A DNA stretch of 64,000 bases from Phyllobates terribilis (Eukaryota), in assembly GCF_046119375.1 (NCBI RefSeq), contig NW_027362762.1, positions 130,758,001-130,822,000 of the forward strand, written 5' to 3'. This document shows positions 1 to 14,538 of this stretch, piece by piece. Position 1 is the first letter of the stretch. Each line of letters starts with the position of its first letter. Under the pieces are notes generated by a model. That model did no database searches. It was not told the origin of the DNA and worked only from the letters and a program-made list of their open reading frames with translations. The position numbers and the translations under genes were made by a program.

Positions 1-1434
1 GATACAGGCTAATTGAAAAAACAAAAAAAAACAAAAACAACTTTATAATAAATCAAATCAGAGAATTCTTTTTCCACCTACGAGCCACTTTTTTTTCCCC
101 ATCCTCCCTGACCATCCACTCTGAAAAAAAACAGCTCAATTAAGTCAAGATAAGATAGACTGAGTGTACAGCGAGATGTCAGATTACACCTCCTGTTATA
201 CTCTATGGGGAAGTAAGGGGGAAAAAAGAGGAATTAGGAGCAAAGTTAAAAAAAAGGGCAGGAAGAAAAAGGGAAAGTGTTGCTGAGCTTTCTGACAAGT
301 CTTTTACCTTACTCCAGAGCTGAATTCACATCTACCCTGCTCAGTATTGCTTATGGTTTCCTCTATGCTGCTGCGGTGTTCTAAATTAAGGATGAAGAGC
401 AGGAATCCTTCTCTGTGTGCTGCAATATGAATAGGAGACATCATACCACGTAGTCACCAGCTCAGAGTCAATTGAAAATTAAGAGAGAGCTTGCATAGGA
501 AAAAAAAAAAAATTGCAGGATACAAGTCATACTGGCCAGAAATAATATTTTTCTGCATGCACTCACACCGGACAGTTTAGTCTCAAAAGTTAATTATAAA
601 TAGTTTTAAGAGGTTAACTAATTTTAATACTGAAAATGAAAGTTATCAACTTCTGGAATTGTATTGCCCAATAAAGGAACAGAGTCACGAGAAGTGACAG
701 CTACAACGTAATGAAGTTTTAAGGCAAGAAACTTTTACTTCTGCTCTCTTTAGTTATGCTGCCAACATTCCTCACCGTGTTGCTGGATCTGTTATTGTAA
801 CCATCTGTAATCTAGTAAGTATTGAAATATTATTTAGTCATAGAATCATTGAGTTTTTCTAGGGATACATAGCCAGTGATCACTTCTCCCCCAGTCATCC
901 GCAGTTTTTCTATAGAGCTACCCATTTTAGTTTGACACCAAATTAAAATGAATCTGAATCAACAGATCCATGAAAGCCTGGGGTTACGAAAGGTCGAACA
1001 AGAAATGTTATGAAATGGAGGAACTGGTAAGAAAAAGAAACTTATCAGATTACATTTCATAATTGAACTGATGATGAACTTTAAAAAGACATCCCCATAT
1101 AGGATATATACGGCATTTACTGCATGTTCGTGGAAAGAGCCAAGCAGTGCTTAACGCCATCTATGTCTGGGGGGCAAAACCTGCATCTATCCTGCGGACA
1201 TGATGTAAATGTTACCATCTAATAATAATAATTTTTATTTATATAGCGCCAACATATTCCACAGCACTTTCCAGTTAAGTAGGGACATGTACAGACAATA
1301 TAAACAATACAATGTATCATATTTCAACAGTTACAGGAGGATTGAGCACCCTGCTCACAAGCTTACAATCTATATGGAAATGGGGGGACACAATAGGAAG
1401 AGACCATAACCCTTGAAGAGTAATTGTGACTTAC

Positions 1435-1502
1435 CCGGCATAGAATGATAAATACTGGGCCAGAACTGACCGCTGTCTCTCTTCATCCACACACGAACGG
1501 TC
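1435..1502 (-). CDS. WDFY2: WDFY2 coding exon 2 (68 nt; R-TVRVWMKRDSGQFWPSIYHSMP)
   Basis: Minus strand reads tgttttag|G ACC GTT CGT GTG TGG ATG AAG AGA GAC AGC GGT CAG TTC TGG CCC AGT ATT TAT CAT TCT ATG CCG G|gtaag. AG and GT splice sites are canonical, the phase matches exon 1 (AG+G = Arg), and the peptide matches the WDFY1/2 N-terminus. Too short for the ORF track. Confidence 0.96.
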
Positions 1503-2359
1503 CTAAAACAGTTGAATAAAAAGGTTTATACATATTTATTACTACAGCATCATTACATAGCCAAACACCTAACTAGATTCTCGATTATCGGGATAATGGC
1601 CAATCACTCCCATTTATTGCACAGAACTAACTTGCCCGATTTGTGGGACTCTGGCAGATCCTACAGATACTAGACTGGACTTATATCCTTTAAAAGTGGA
1701 TGTGATCTGGAAGGAGAACAGTTTGGTCTCTGGCCAGTTTCCTTTTCTAAGGCTATAAAGAAACCGAGTCACCACTGCCAATATGGGTTTAGTAACTACT
1801 TGCTCTTGTCATGTAATAAATCTTTTCTTATAAGTCCGCATTGTGCGGTTCCTGTAATCCATCTGAAAAATATGAATAAATTGACAAATGGGTGTTACTA
1901 TTCTTTGTGAACAGGGTGTGTCCCTACACAGTCAGCACCCATGAGGATTTATAAGAAGAGGCCACAGAATTCTTAGATCATCAGTACGGATAGGTCAGGA
2001 GAGGTCACGGGTTTTCTTTATACCATACTCTAAATTACTTCAGAGGAGAAAAACTAACTCTGAGCATTACTAACCCTTCCCGGGTTTAGCATCAGCGCTT
2101 TACTGCTGCTCCGGTCTATGTTTGGCTGCAGCAGTGACGACACAATCAGAACTGCTGCCAATGACTGAGGTCAGAAGATCCGCCCAAGTAGTCGACATAA
2201 GCAGCTGAGCTCAGTGATTGACTGCAGTGCTTTCGAAGTGACGTCACTGCTACGTCCAAAACACTATGACCGGAGCAGCGGTAGAGAGCAGATGCTGGAC
2301 ATAAGGTAACATTCAGTTTATATGGCATAAAGCTTTTTGAAAGAGAATCACCCCTTTAA

Positions 2360-2528
2360 AAGCACCACTCCAGAGCTTGTTTTATTTTATTACAGTGCTG
2401 GAGTGGTGCTACTAATCCAAGTGCCCCGACTCTAGTATTATATTTACCACCTGCCGTCTTCAGCTCTTCCCGGTTCTGCGCTGCCACCTTGTGACCCCAA
2501 CATCCAACTGACCGGAAGTCAGAGGTAA
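2360..2528. mobile_element. TTAA-starting (T2/Kolobok-type) MITE fragment, cut by the next MITE
   Basis: TTAA then AAGCACCACTCCAG with an internal inverted copy CTGGAGTGGTGCT. A related fragment lies near 14330-14480. Confidence 0.4.
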
Positions 2529-3240
2529 GGCTAAGTGCCCATGTTGCGGAACTGAAGCATATTTTTTACGCTTCTCCCTGGCGGGAAAAATCGCATGCGG
2601 ATTTTACATGCGGTTTTCCCGCCAGGTAGAAGCGTTTGTGAGGAGTCTTTGCATGCATTTCCGCATGCGGGTTATCAAGCACTTCTCCAAGCATCACTTG
2701 GAAAAGTGCTTGACAACTTGTTCACACTATATAAATCCATGCAACCAGCATGGATTTATATAGTGTGACCAAGTAATAGTTTTAAAAAAAGAATCAGAAT
2801 GGTAAAAAATAAAAAAATAAAGTTTATACTCACTTTCCGATGCATTCTCTGCCCCGTCCGGAGTCTTGAGCGGCTCACGCTGTTGAGTGCAGGACCTGCG
2901 GTGACGTCATTGAGTCATGTGATGGGTCACATGACTCAATGACGTGGCAGGTCCTTCACACAACAGCGCGACGGCAGGAAAACACCGGGAAGACATCAGA
3001 AGTATAAACTTTATTTTTCCTTTTTTTTTTTTTTAACAGGTTCTTTGGTACCCAGGTCTGGATGAGAGTCTCCTCTCATCCAGACTTGGGTACCATCCGC
3101 ACATTGATTCCGCTGCGCTTCCGCAAAATTAATGAACATGCTGCGGATTTTTGACCGCAGCATATACGCTGCGGAAAAATCCGCAGCATGGGCATTGACA
3201 TTGCGGAATGCCATTGGGGACCATGGGGTGCAGATATACA
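2529..3240 (-). mobile_element. PIF/Harbinger-like palindromic MITE family H1, copy 1 (inverted relative to copies 2 and 3)
   Basis: Starts taa|GGCTAAGTGCCCA. Carries the same internal palindromes as 4825-5773 in reverse order. Right end is degraded. Confidence 0.7.
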
Positions 3241-3689
3241 TGCGTTTTGCATAATATAATATAATATAATATAATTTAATTTTTCTGTATTTTCTTGACT
3301 ATATATATACACACACACACACTTCTGATGACAGTTAGCCGCCCCTTACGACAGCCCCTCTGCTCTCGTATGTAAATAGCAACTGTACTCTGCTAATAGT
3401 ACAAGGTACAATTAGATTTCCCTTGGCTGCACTTTCATATTATGCTCATCACTCCCACTGGTAAAGGAGGCAATCGGACTCAGAAGTATCATGGGGTTAA
3501 TTCCCTAATATACAAGATCTCACCTCTATCACCTTCTTGATAAGCGCCTTGGATACGCAGCTTACACAGAGTTCTGAAATGGCCTCCCGCTTTCCACATT
3601 TTATTATGACTGCCACTAGACATCCAGGGAAGCCCCCCTCTCCTGCTAGGTTTCCCAGAAACGATCAGTGAATTTACATTTATATTGTG

Positions 3690-3990
3690 GTTTAAATAAA
3701 AACCATCATTTTATCAGCAAGAGATCAGTAGAAGACTTGTAAACCTTCTGCCATGTAGTCCTCCATATTCATGACTTCTGTATAACCCTGCGCCCACCAC
3801 CGATGGGCAACTTTCTGTCTACACACAGTGTACACAAAGCTGATAGTGGTATGTGTGTTCAGATTTATACAGTGATTTTTATCAAAACTGCGGCAAGCAG
3901 CCGGTAAGTGATACATCGCTGTAATCAGGGTCTCTGCCCATATAGTCTACTGCTCTCAAACAGCTAAAAAGATGAATAGATTTCTTTTTC
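3690..3990. mobile_element. Degraded copy of the MITE family at 9679-10076
   Basis: Shares the ctgtataacc...cacagtgtacac...aaag core with 9790-9900. Confidence 0.4.
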
Positions 3991-4496
3991 TGTTGTGGTA
4001 TTTGTTGCCGTTTTTCGCGCCAAATTATTCAAAACTGTGCACGTGTTGATGAGTTGTCGGCAAAAAATTGTGACAACTTATTTTTGTCTTTTTTGAACCT
4101 TTTAACAACTAAAAGGTGCACGATCCTTTAAAATGTTGGGCGATAAGTCTTAACCTGTTCAGGAAAATAAAACAGATTGTGCAAAAGTTGCGTAACATTT
4201 TGAGAACTTATAAAATGATGAATTAGGCTTCGGCTAGGGTCACACCAGAGTATGCTCTCTAATTCAAGAGAAATCGGGCCAATTACGGTGATCAGATTTT
4301 CTCAGATGAGAAGATGGAGGAAGAAAAAATAAAAAATTCTCCAGCTTCTCCATTCTGTCAGTCCGTGGAAACTGCACTGCACTCAGATGACATCTGAGTG
4401 CAGTCCGATGTTTTCCACAGACACAATGACTTGCATGTCTAAGTGTAATCCGATAATCGGATTCAACTCAGACTAAGCTTGGTCTGAGCAGAAGGG

Positions 4497-4540
<44 letters not shown>

Positions 4541-4824
4541 CAACATGCACAGATCTATATAATAATATTGATCTGAGTGCGATTTGATGTTTTGAGTGGC
4601 TAAAAAATGCAGAAGTGGTGACATGTTTCTATTATACTTTTCTTCTGACTGTTCCACTCCTGGTTTTGGCTTACAAATACTGACTGTGTGAACGTGGCCT
4701 AACACATCCAGATTAACAAAACCACGCCCAAGATGCAGAACAAAGAAAAAAAAATAAACTGAAAAAAAAAAAAAAAGTCACAAACTAAATAAAGAATAAA
4801 GCACAAACATGCAAGCCACTATTA

Positions 4825-5773
4825 GGCTGTGTGCCCACTATGCGTTTAAGCGTTTCTGCAGCGGCAATTCCGCCGCAGAAACGCTTAAAAAACTCTTGGT
4901 AGAAGGCCTGCCATGTCCCCAATGATAATCCGCATGTGCTGTGCACATGCTGCGGAAATTTCCGCTGCGGATTAGCATTGCGGAAAAATCCGTAGAATTA
5001 CCAATTATTTTGCAGAAGTGCTGCGTTTTCGCCACCACTGGCTTGCACTGAATCGCTTAATATCCGCATGACTACATGTACATCTACACGGATATTAAGT
5101 GATTCAATGTGCGGATGGTACCCGAGTCTGGAGAAGAGGGGACTCTCCTCCAGAGCCGGGTATCATAGTACCTGTAAAAAGAAAAAAAAAAAAAAAAAAA
5201 AAAGAATTTAAAATAAAAAAAATACATTATACTCACCTTCTGATGGCCCCCGGTCTCCATAGCGATGCGTCCTGGCTCCCCGGCAGCTCACGATGGTCTA
5301 AAAGGACCTTCCATGACGTCATTTAGTCATGTGACCGGTCACGAGACCGCTGACGTCGGCGGTCGCGTGACCTGTCACATGACTAAATGACGTCATGGAG
5401 GGTCCTTTTAGACCACCGCGAGCCACCCAACAAACCGGACGCACCGGAGGAGACCGGGGGCCATCGGAAGGGGAGTATAATATTTATTTTTTACCATTCT
5501 TTTACTATAACTTGGTCACACTATATAAAGCCATGCTGTTTGCATGGATTTATATAGTGTGACCAAGTTGTCAAGCACTTTCCAAGTGATGCTAAAATCG
5601 CTTAAGAACCCGCATGCGGAAATGCATGTGAAGAACGCTTCACTTCCGCATGTCCCTGGCAGGAAAACGCATGTACAATCCGCATGTACAATCCGCATGT
5701 GTTTTTTCTGCCAGGGAGATGCAGAAACGCTCAGGAAAAATCCGGAGCATTTCTGCATCGTGGGCACATAGCC
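4825..5773 (+). mobile_element. Harbinger-like MITE family H1, copy 2 (full length, 949 bp)
   Basis: TIRs GGCTGTGTGCCCAC and GTGGGCACATAGCC, flanked by TTA and TAA (TWA target). Several internal palindromes. Confidence 0.8.
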
Positions 5774-6063
5774 TAAGAACCAGTTTTACTCCAGAAAACA
5801 AGTGAAAAGACAATGATGAAAGTGTTGTAATGTTGTCCCATGAGATTCCAGGCATGCAGGCACAGCAGAATCTCTGCAGCACATTGTGGTCTGCTCTCTT
5901 TATTACGGAAGTAAAGATTACAACGAGTGGAGCCCCCTCTATCATCTATAACCACAAGAGGAACAGCACAATCTGTCACAGATGAAAAGCAAAGCACTGC
6001 CATATCAGAAAGAGAGAAAGGAAATATATATGCTGTATAATTGGAAATGATCTTGCGGGGGGA

Positions 6064-6099
<36 letters not shown>

Positions 6100-6160
6100 T
6101 ATTATACACCGCGTGCAGAATTATTAGGCAAATGCGTATTTTGATCACTGATACTTTAAA

Positions 6161-6985
6161 GGCCGAGTTCACACGATGCGTTTTTAATGCGTTTCCGCGG
6201 CGTTTTTGCAGTTGCGGAAACACATTAAAAACGCATGGTAGAAGGGCAGCAATGTTCCCCAATTGAAATCCGCATGCGCTGTGCCCACGATGCGGATTTT
6301 TCTGCAGCGTAAACGCTGCGCTCAAAAATCCGCAGCATGTCAGTTAATTTTGCGTAAACGCGGCATTTTCGCCGCCATTGACTTGCATTAGAACGCGCCA
6401 ATTCCGCAAGACTGCATCTGTACTTGCGCTATTGGCGCGTTCTAATGTGCGGATGGTACCCGGGTGTGGAGGAGAGGAGAGTCTCATCCACACCCAGGTA
6501 CCATAAAAAAAAAAAAAAGAATAAAATAAAAAATAAATGTATATTTACCTTCTGTCGGCCCACGCAGCGTTCCTGCTTGGTTACCGCCACTTTGCAGTGA
6601 GTTGAAGGACCTGCGCTGACGTCAGAGTCATGTGACGGGTCACGTGACGCTGACGTCAGCAGGTCTTTCAATTCGAAGTTGCCGGCGAGGGAGAACGGAT
6701 TGAGCAGGACAGTGCGGGCCATCAGAGGGTAAAGTATACATTTATTTTTTACCATTCTCTCGGGTCACACTATATAAATCCATGCCGGTTGCATGGATTT
6801 ATATAGTGTGACCTAGTTGTCAAGCACTTTCCAAGTGATGCTATTGCCTGGAAAGCGCTTGTCAATCTGCATGCGGAAACGCATGTGAATCCGCATGTAT
6901 TCTGCAGGAAAAACGCATGCACAATCTGCATGCGTTTTTTCTGCCAGGGAGATGCAGAAATTTTCTGCATCGTGTGCACATACCC
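6161..6985 (+). mobile_element. Harbinger-like MITE family H1, copy 3, nested in the left end of the DD37E element
   Basis: Imperfect TIRs GGCCGAGTTCACACGATG and CATCGTGTGCACATACCC. Same internal palindromes as copy 2. Confidence 0.75.
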
Positions 6986-7151
6986 TTATACATGTTATCC
7001 TACTCCAAGCTGCATAGACTTGAGAGCCAACTACCAATTCAGTAAATCTGGTGATATGCATCTCTGTAATGAGGAGGGGTGTTGTCTAATGACATTAACA
7101 CCCTATATAAGGTGTGCTTAATTATTAGGCAACTTCCTTTCCTTTGGCAAA

Positions 7152-8149
7152 ATGGGTCAGAAGAGAGATTTGACGGGCTCTGAAAAGTCCAAAATTGTGA
7201 GATGTCTTGCAGAGGGATGCAGCAGTCTTGAAATTTCCAAACTTTTGAAGCGTGATCACCGAACAATCAAGCGTTTCATGGCAAATAGCGAACAGGGTCG
7301 CAAGAAGCGTGTTAGCCAAAAAAGGCGCAAAATAACTGCCCATGAATTGAGGAAAATCAAGCGTGAAGCTGCCAAGATGTCATTCGCCACCAGTTTTGCC
7401 ATATTTCAGAGCTGCAACGTTACTGGAGTATCAAAAAGCACAAGGTGTGCAATACTCAGGGACATGGCCAAGGTAAGGAAGGCTGAAAAACGACCACCTT
7501 TGAACAAGAAACATAAGATAAAACATCAAGAATGGGCCAAGAAATATCTTAAGACTGATTTTTCAAAGGTTTTATGGACTGATGAAATGAGAGTGACTCT
7601 TGATGGGCCAGAGCCTGGATCAGTAAAGGGCAGAGAGCTCCACTCCGACGCCAGCAAGGTGGAGGTGGGGTACTGGTATGGGCTGGTATCATCAAAGATG
7701 AACTTGTGGGACCTTTTCGGGTTAAGGATAGAGTGAAGCTCAACTCCCAGACCTACTGCCAGTTTCTGGAAGACAACTTCTTCAAGCAGTGGTACAGGAA
7801 GAAGTCGGTATCGTGCAAGAAAAACATGATTTTCATGCAGGACAATGCTCCATCACATGCATCCAACTACTCCACAGCGTGGCTGGCCAGTAAAGGTCTA
7901 AAAGAAGAAAAAATAATGACATGGCCCCCTTGTTCACCTGATCTGAACCCCATAGAGAACCTGTGGTCCATCATAAAATGTGAGATCTACAGGGAGAGAA
8001 AACAGTACACCTCTCGGAACAGTGTCTGTGAGGCTGTGGTGGCTGCTGCACGCAATGTTGATCGAAAACAGATCAAGCAACTGACAGAATCTATGGCTGG
8101 AAGGCTGTTGAGTGTCATCATAAAGAAAGGTGGCTATATTGATCACTAA
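7152..8149 (+). pseudogene. Frameshifted DD37E transposase
   Basis: ORFs 7152-7736 and 7706-8149 give an HTH region, VLWTDE, FMQDNA and [11 protein letters not shown], with 37 residues between the second D and E. Frameshift near 7610. Confidence 0.9.
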
Positions 8150-8460
8150 TTTTTTTTGTTTTTGCATGTCAGAAATGTTTATTTCTAAGTTTTGTGCACT
8201 GATATTGGTTTACCTGGTGAAAATATACAAGTGAGATGGGATTATATTTGGTTTTTATTAAGTTGCCTAATAATTCTGCACAGTAATAGTTACCTGCACA
8301 AACAGATATCCTCCTAAGATAGCCAAATCGAAAAAAAAAAAACACTCCAACTTCCAAAAATATTAAGCTTTGATATTTGAGTCTTTTCGGTTGATTGAGA
8401 ACATAGTTGTTGATCAATAATAAAAATAATCCTCTAAAATACAACTTGCCTAATAATTTT

Positions 8461-8652
8461 NNNNNNNNNNNNNNNNNNNNNNNNNNNNNNNNNNNNNNNN
8501 NNNNNNNNNNNNNNNNNNNNNNNNNNNNNNNNNNNNNNNNNNNNNNNNNNNNNNNNNNNNNNNNNNNNNNNNNNNNNNNNNNNNNNNNNNNNNNNNNNNN
8601 NNNNNNNNNNNNNNNNNNNNNNNNNNNNNNNNNNNNNNNNNNNNNNNNNNNN
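8461..8652. other. Assembly gap (N run)
   Basis: Run of N. Confidence 1.
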
Positions 8653-9678
8653 TGGACCCACACATTCATTTTACATGGCCTGCTTCAGAGGTAAGCAAAG
8701 TAGTTATGAAGTTTCGCCAAATGCAACATTTTAGGGATTTAATTCGCAGCTGGCAGCCACACCGTCTTCTTTTTAAAGGGCAGGGAAAGGGTTAACAAAT
8801 ACATTATATTTACCCGTCCTCATGGCTCCTCTGCAGCTGCTCCCTGGTCCTCTGGGTCAGTCCTCTGTTTTTTTTCAGCACTGAGGCCAGTAATTGGCCT
8901 TACACAGTCATGTGGAAGGTGTTGCACTCACTGATGTGTGTCGCCCTCTTACGTGACCACGTGCAGCCAATCTTTTGCCCCAGTGTTGGAAGAACAGAAG
9001 ACCAGTGCAGGACGACTCTGGAGTTGTGGCAGCGGTGGCATAAGAACAGGTAAGTATAGTCTATTTTATCACTTTTTAACTCCTCTCCTATTTTTATGCT
9101 TTGGGTGACTGGAGAGCATAAGTCTTCTTTTCCCGGCAATCAAAGCACTTGTGGACCAATTTTATTTGGACCAAACCAAAATTGCCCGATGAACTGCGTG
9201 AATCTGGCTTAGACAGATGTGTTGTAACTAGATGTGTAGAATAATCAATAGTATATGTACCATCGCCTTAACATTCACAGGAATGTGTAGGACCTTTACT
9301 AATTTCTTTGACATTAATGTCAAATCTCAATTATGAAAGTCATGTTCTTATCAAGATTATTAATCCCTAAAGTATGGTGCCCAAATTTACCACCAACAAG
9401 GGGCAGATGGGAAAAATCTACTTATCAGGTTGATGTAATATGAAACAAAAGAATACAAAAAAGTAAAATGATAAGCCCCGGGCAACCAGGGAGCTGGGAG
9501 GCATAGAAGCAATGTGCTCCTAGAGATTAGTCCTGAGCAAAACCTTTTCATTTTCTGTTTATGCAATTTCAGAAGATTTTAGATTAGGTAGAAAAAACAC
9601 CAACAGGCGCTATAGAGTGATGTCCCATATATGAAGCACCCTGGCACACTGCCATCTAAATTTAAGACTGATTCTTAA

Positions 9679-10076
9679 AAGGCATCAGTCGCCAGTTTTT
9701 TGCTACACAGCAATTAGTCACTTACTGGGACTCTTGCTGTAGTTTTGATAATATCAGTTCTTATCGGCTGCAGATCTAGAACTTCTCTGAATGCCGAGCT
9801 CTGTATAACCCCACCCACACATCTGATTGGTGGCTTTCTGCCTATGCACAGTGTACACCTAAAGTTGCCAATCAGTGGTGAGGGTGGGGTTATACAGAGC
9901 TCATGAATACAGAGGACTGTAAAGACAGCAGGTTTACTAGTGATAAACGCTGTTATCAGCAGGAGATTATCAAAACAAGAAAACAGCCCAGGAAGTGACA
10001 TCACTGGACTCAGGGTCTCCATCTCTACATTGTGCAGCTCTCAAATTAGCTGGCAAAATCCTGATGACATATGTTT
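9679..10076. mobile_element. T2/Kolobok-type MITE
   Basis: TTAA on both sides, degenerate TIRs (AAGGCATCAGTCGCCAG / CTGATGACATATGTTT), and an internal inverted repeat gagctctgtataacccc...ggggttatacagagctc. Confidence 0.6.
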
Positions 10077-11170
10077 TTAACATTTAGTACCTGTGCAAAC
10101 CTCCCAACTGAGAGCTGCAAAACGGTATTGTGGCCATATTTTCTTGCTCATCTTATGGACACAATCTGGGCCTGACTACAGGTCTCATGGCCGCAGTGAC
10201 AGTATTATACATGTCTATGATGTGGTTAGTTTATGTAATTGGTAAAACAAATCATTTTTCTCCAATGTATTTATTATGGGTAAGCAATGGCGCATCTGAG
10301 CCTGAAATCAGAGGCTTCCTGAAATAGCAATTTTCATCTTCTACCCGGCATTGCAGGATGACAAGGAAAGTTGTGACCTTGCAGCTGTAACTTGCAGTCT
10401 CTGCTAAGCGGAGACTAACGTGTTTCTATGCAATAAAGAAAAGCAAGGAACGCTTCTATTCTTCATCCACTTTCATGTAGTAATTACCATTTCTAGAACA
10501 TCTGAGAAGGTAAGAACTGTAAAAGCGAAGATGTGTGGGAAGAACACTTGTCACAGCGAGAAACATTATCCTCACCACAAAGAAGCCTATAATGTTATAT
10601 CTGCTAAGGCACTAGAAGTCCCATCATGCCATGCCAGCCCAATGTATTATTCATTCAGAACTTTTTAATCTCAGGGCCACAGTGCCAACTGGCATTAGGT
10701 CTCATTCAGATGGTAATTTTTGTTGTACGGGTGCTAGTCACACCTATGATAGTCTACACTGGGATCTGAAAGACGAGGAAACAAGAATTTGCACATTCAG
10801 CAGGTGCATGGCTAACAGCCTGTAAGCCCATTCTAGTCTCAGCCATCCTCCATCACCAACATCACTGGAGATGGGGTGAGAAACTCTCTGGATATGGTGC
10901 AATATCAACCTTTTGTGCTGTAGGTATTAATGGGAGTCTGTCACCCAAAACCATAGTGCCATGTAGGGGGCACAGCCTAGATATATTTAAAAAAATAAAT
11001 AAATAAAAAAAAAAAAAAAAAAAAAACACAACACACACTTTTCTTTTTAAAATTGCCCCTTTGTCCTGACAGTAAAATCACCTTTGACCAGATATGCCAA
11101 GTAGGGGGCTCGGTCCTACCTCTGTAATTTGCATAAGGCCGCAATCTCAGTTTGTCCTGATATATATACA

Positions 11171-12600
<1,430 letters not shown>

Positions 12601-14538
12601 TAAAAAAAAAAAAATAAATAATAATTTACTGCAGTGCATTTCCCACTTCCAGGCTGATCTACAGTACAAATGTCACAATGCCAAGTTAATTCCGCAGGGG
12701 GTTAGCAAGCGCTGTCAATCAAGAGAGATGGCGGTGGCTCAGCATCCAGAAGAAGTTGGAGGAAAGATGCACCGAACAGTTCAGCCATGCCACAGCGCAC
12801 CAAACACACCGATTAGCATATCTACTATAAGCAGAAGTGATTTCTGGCAGAAAGAAGGAGGAGACTTAAAAAGAACATTGTAATTTTATAGGGGCTATAT
12901 TGCCTAAATGGCAATATGCATAGTTTATGTTGTCGATTTGGGGTGACAAACTACCATAAAATATATTTTCCCAAATTCAAAACATATGGTTTGTTCACAG
13001 GACAGGTTGTGTTTCTGACCTGTGGGGTTCGTACCGCTAGGACACATGCCAATAACAATTCCACTGAGTAAAAGAATATGTATGTGACAGCATGACTCCA
13101 TTCACTTCTATGAGCTCAGCTAAGAGAGCACTGTACCCTGTTATCTTCGGCAGTTCCTTGGACTATGATTAGAGCGTGTGTGCTACTTAGCTATTCACTT
13201 AGGGGACCTGGGTGCATCTAATCTCAAGATTGGTGGAAGTCTCAGAGGTTACACCCCCACCAGACATTTATTATCTATTTTGTTAAAACGTAATATGCTT
13301 TGATTATGGGGAAATCCCCTTCAATCCCTTCTTTGCACTGACCCTTGACACCCCACCATTCAGCGGTATGCAGCTCTGGCGGCAGCCAAGAGTAAACAGT
13401 GAAACAAGCTGGAACACCACAGCGCCATTCATTGGGTAGTGGCCATTCTCTGGTACTGCATATCAGTTAATATTCATTTCAACAAGACAGGGATTGTACT
13501 AATTAGTAAGATTGACCCCTTTAAATACTAAACCCCACGATGGTAATGTTCTTCTTTTCTTTTTAAGCCTCATTCTCAGCAGGAATGATGAGCTGCGGCA
13601 GCTTTCAACAGGGTTTTACCTTGCAGGCGAGTGTGACCCAGATTGTAATTCAGTTTGTGCAGTTAACCATTTCACATATGTAAGTAATGGATGATAATAA
13701 GAAATAAAACTTCTAGTAAAAAAGGCACATGTACATTCTAAGAGCTGACAGTTCTAGTAGAAAAACAAGCCCATTACACACATCAGTGATAATGTTCATG
13801 TGCAGGATTTATATGGGGGATATGGACGTCACGGATAGACCCTCCTGTACAGGACACTGAAGAGGGATGCTAACTGTAGCTGTTCTCGCTCTGTTGGACA
13901 TTCGCTGCCTCTGCATTAATGGCCATCATAATACACTATATCTTCCTTAGACCAAGTTCACACAACTGTATTTTCGATCTGAAAGTTGGCCATGAAAAAA
14001 CTGACAGCACACAGACTAGAGTTATTCAATGGGTCAGTGCAAATGAGCATTTTTTCTCTCTTTTTTTAAAGAAAAAAAAATAATTCCATGTAGAGCCAAC
14101 ATACATCAACCGATTTTTGCAGATACAGTTTCATATGTTAAAGAATTACAATGTATTTGGTCTTGTAAAATTTTAATAACTGCTGATGCTAAAAACAGAT
14201 TGTATACAGGTGATAAATGAGAAGAAAAGAAAAAAAAAAAAAAATCTATCTCTAGCTCCGATTAAGTTCAAAGTTTACGATCAAAACAAGTCGCATTCTC
14301 TTTTGGTATTTTTTGGCTTTGAATTTTTAAAGCATGGCTGGAGTGGTGCTTTAATTGTAATTCCCCTGCCCCCTGTCTGATACTCACCGGCCGCCACCTT
14401 CATCCGTTTCCAGCGTCGCTTCCGTCAGTCTTCGGCAAAAAGTGACCTGCCGGCAGCTCCAGTGTTTCATGGAGCACGCCGGAGGTGACATTTCAATCCA
14501 TTTTTATTTATTTATTTTTTTTAATACACCCGGTCTTA

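Larger units (their letters stand above)
6107..8460 (+). mobile_element. Tc1-like DD37E (TRT-type) transposon; right terminus runs into an assembly gap
   Basis: TA|CACCGCGTGCAGAATTATTAGGCAA left end. Inner copies of the AATTATTAGGCAA motif at ~7120 and, inverted, at ~8263. Right end TTGCCTAATAATT just before the Ns. Confidence 0.9.

Noticed and set aside
1-1434. WDFY2 exon 3 or other downstream exons
   Set aside because: None was found by eye; intron 2 appears to extend beyond the window start. ORF 1209-1409 has no recognisable similarity.
8169-8694. ORFs spanning the N run
   Set aside because: Gap artefacts.
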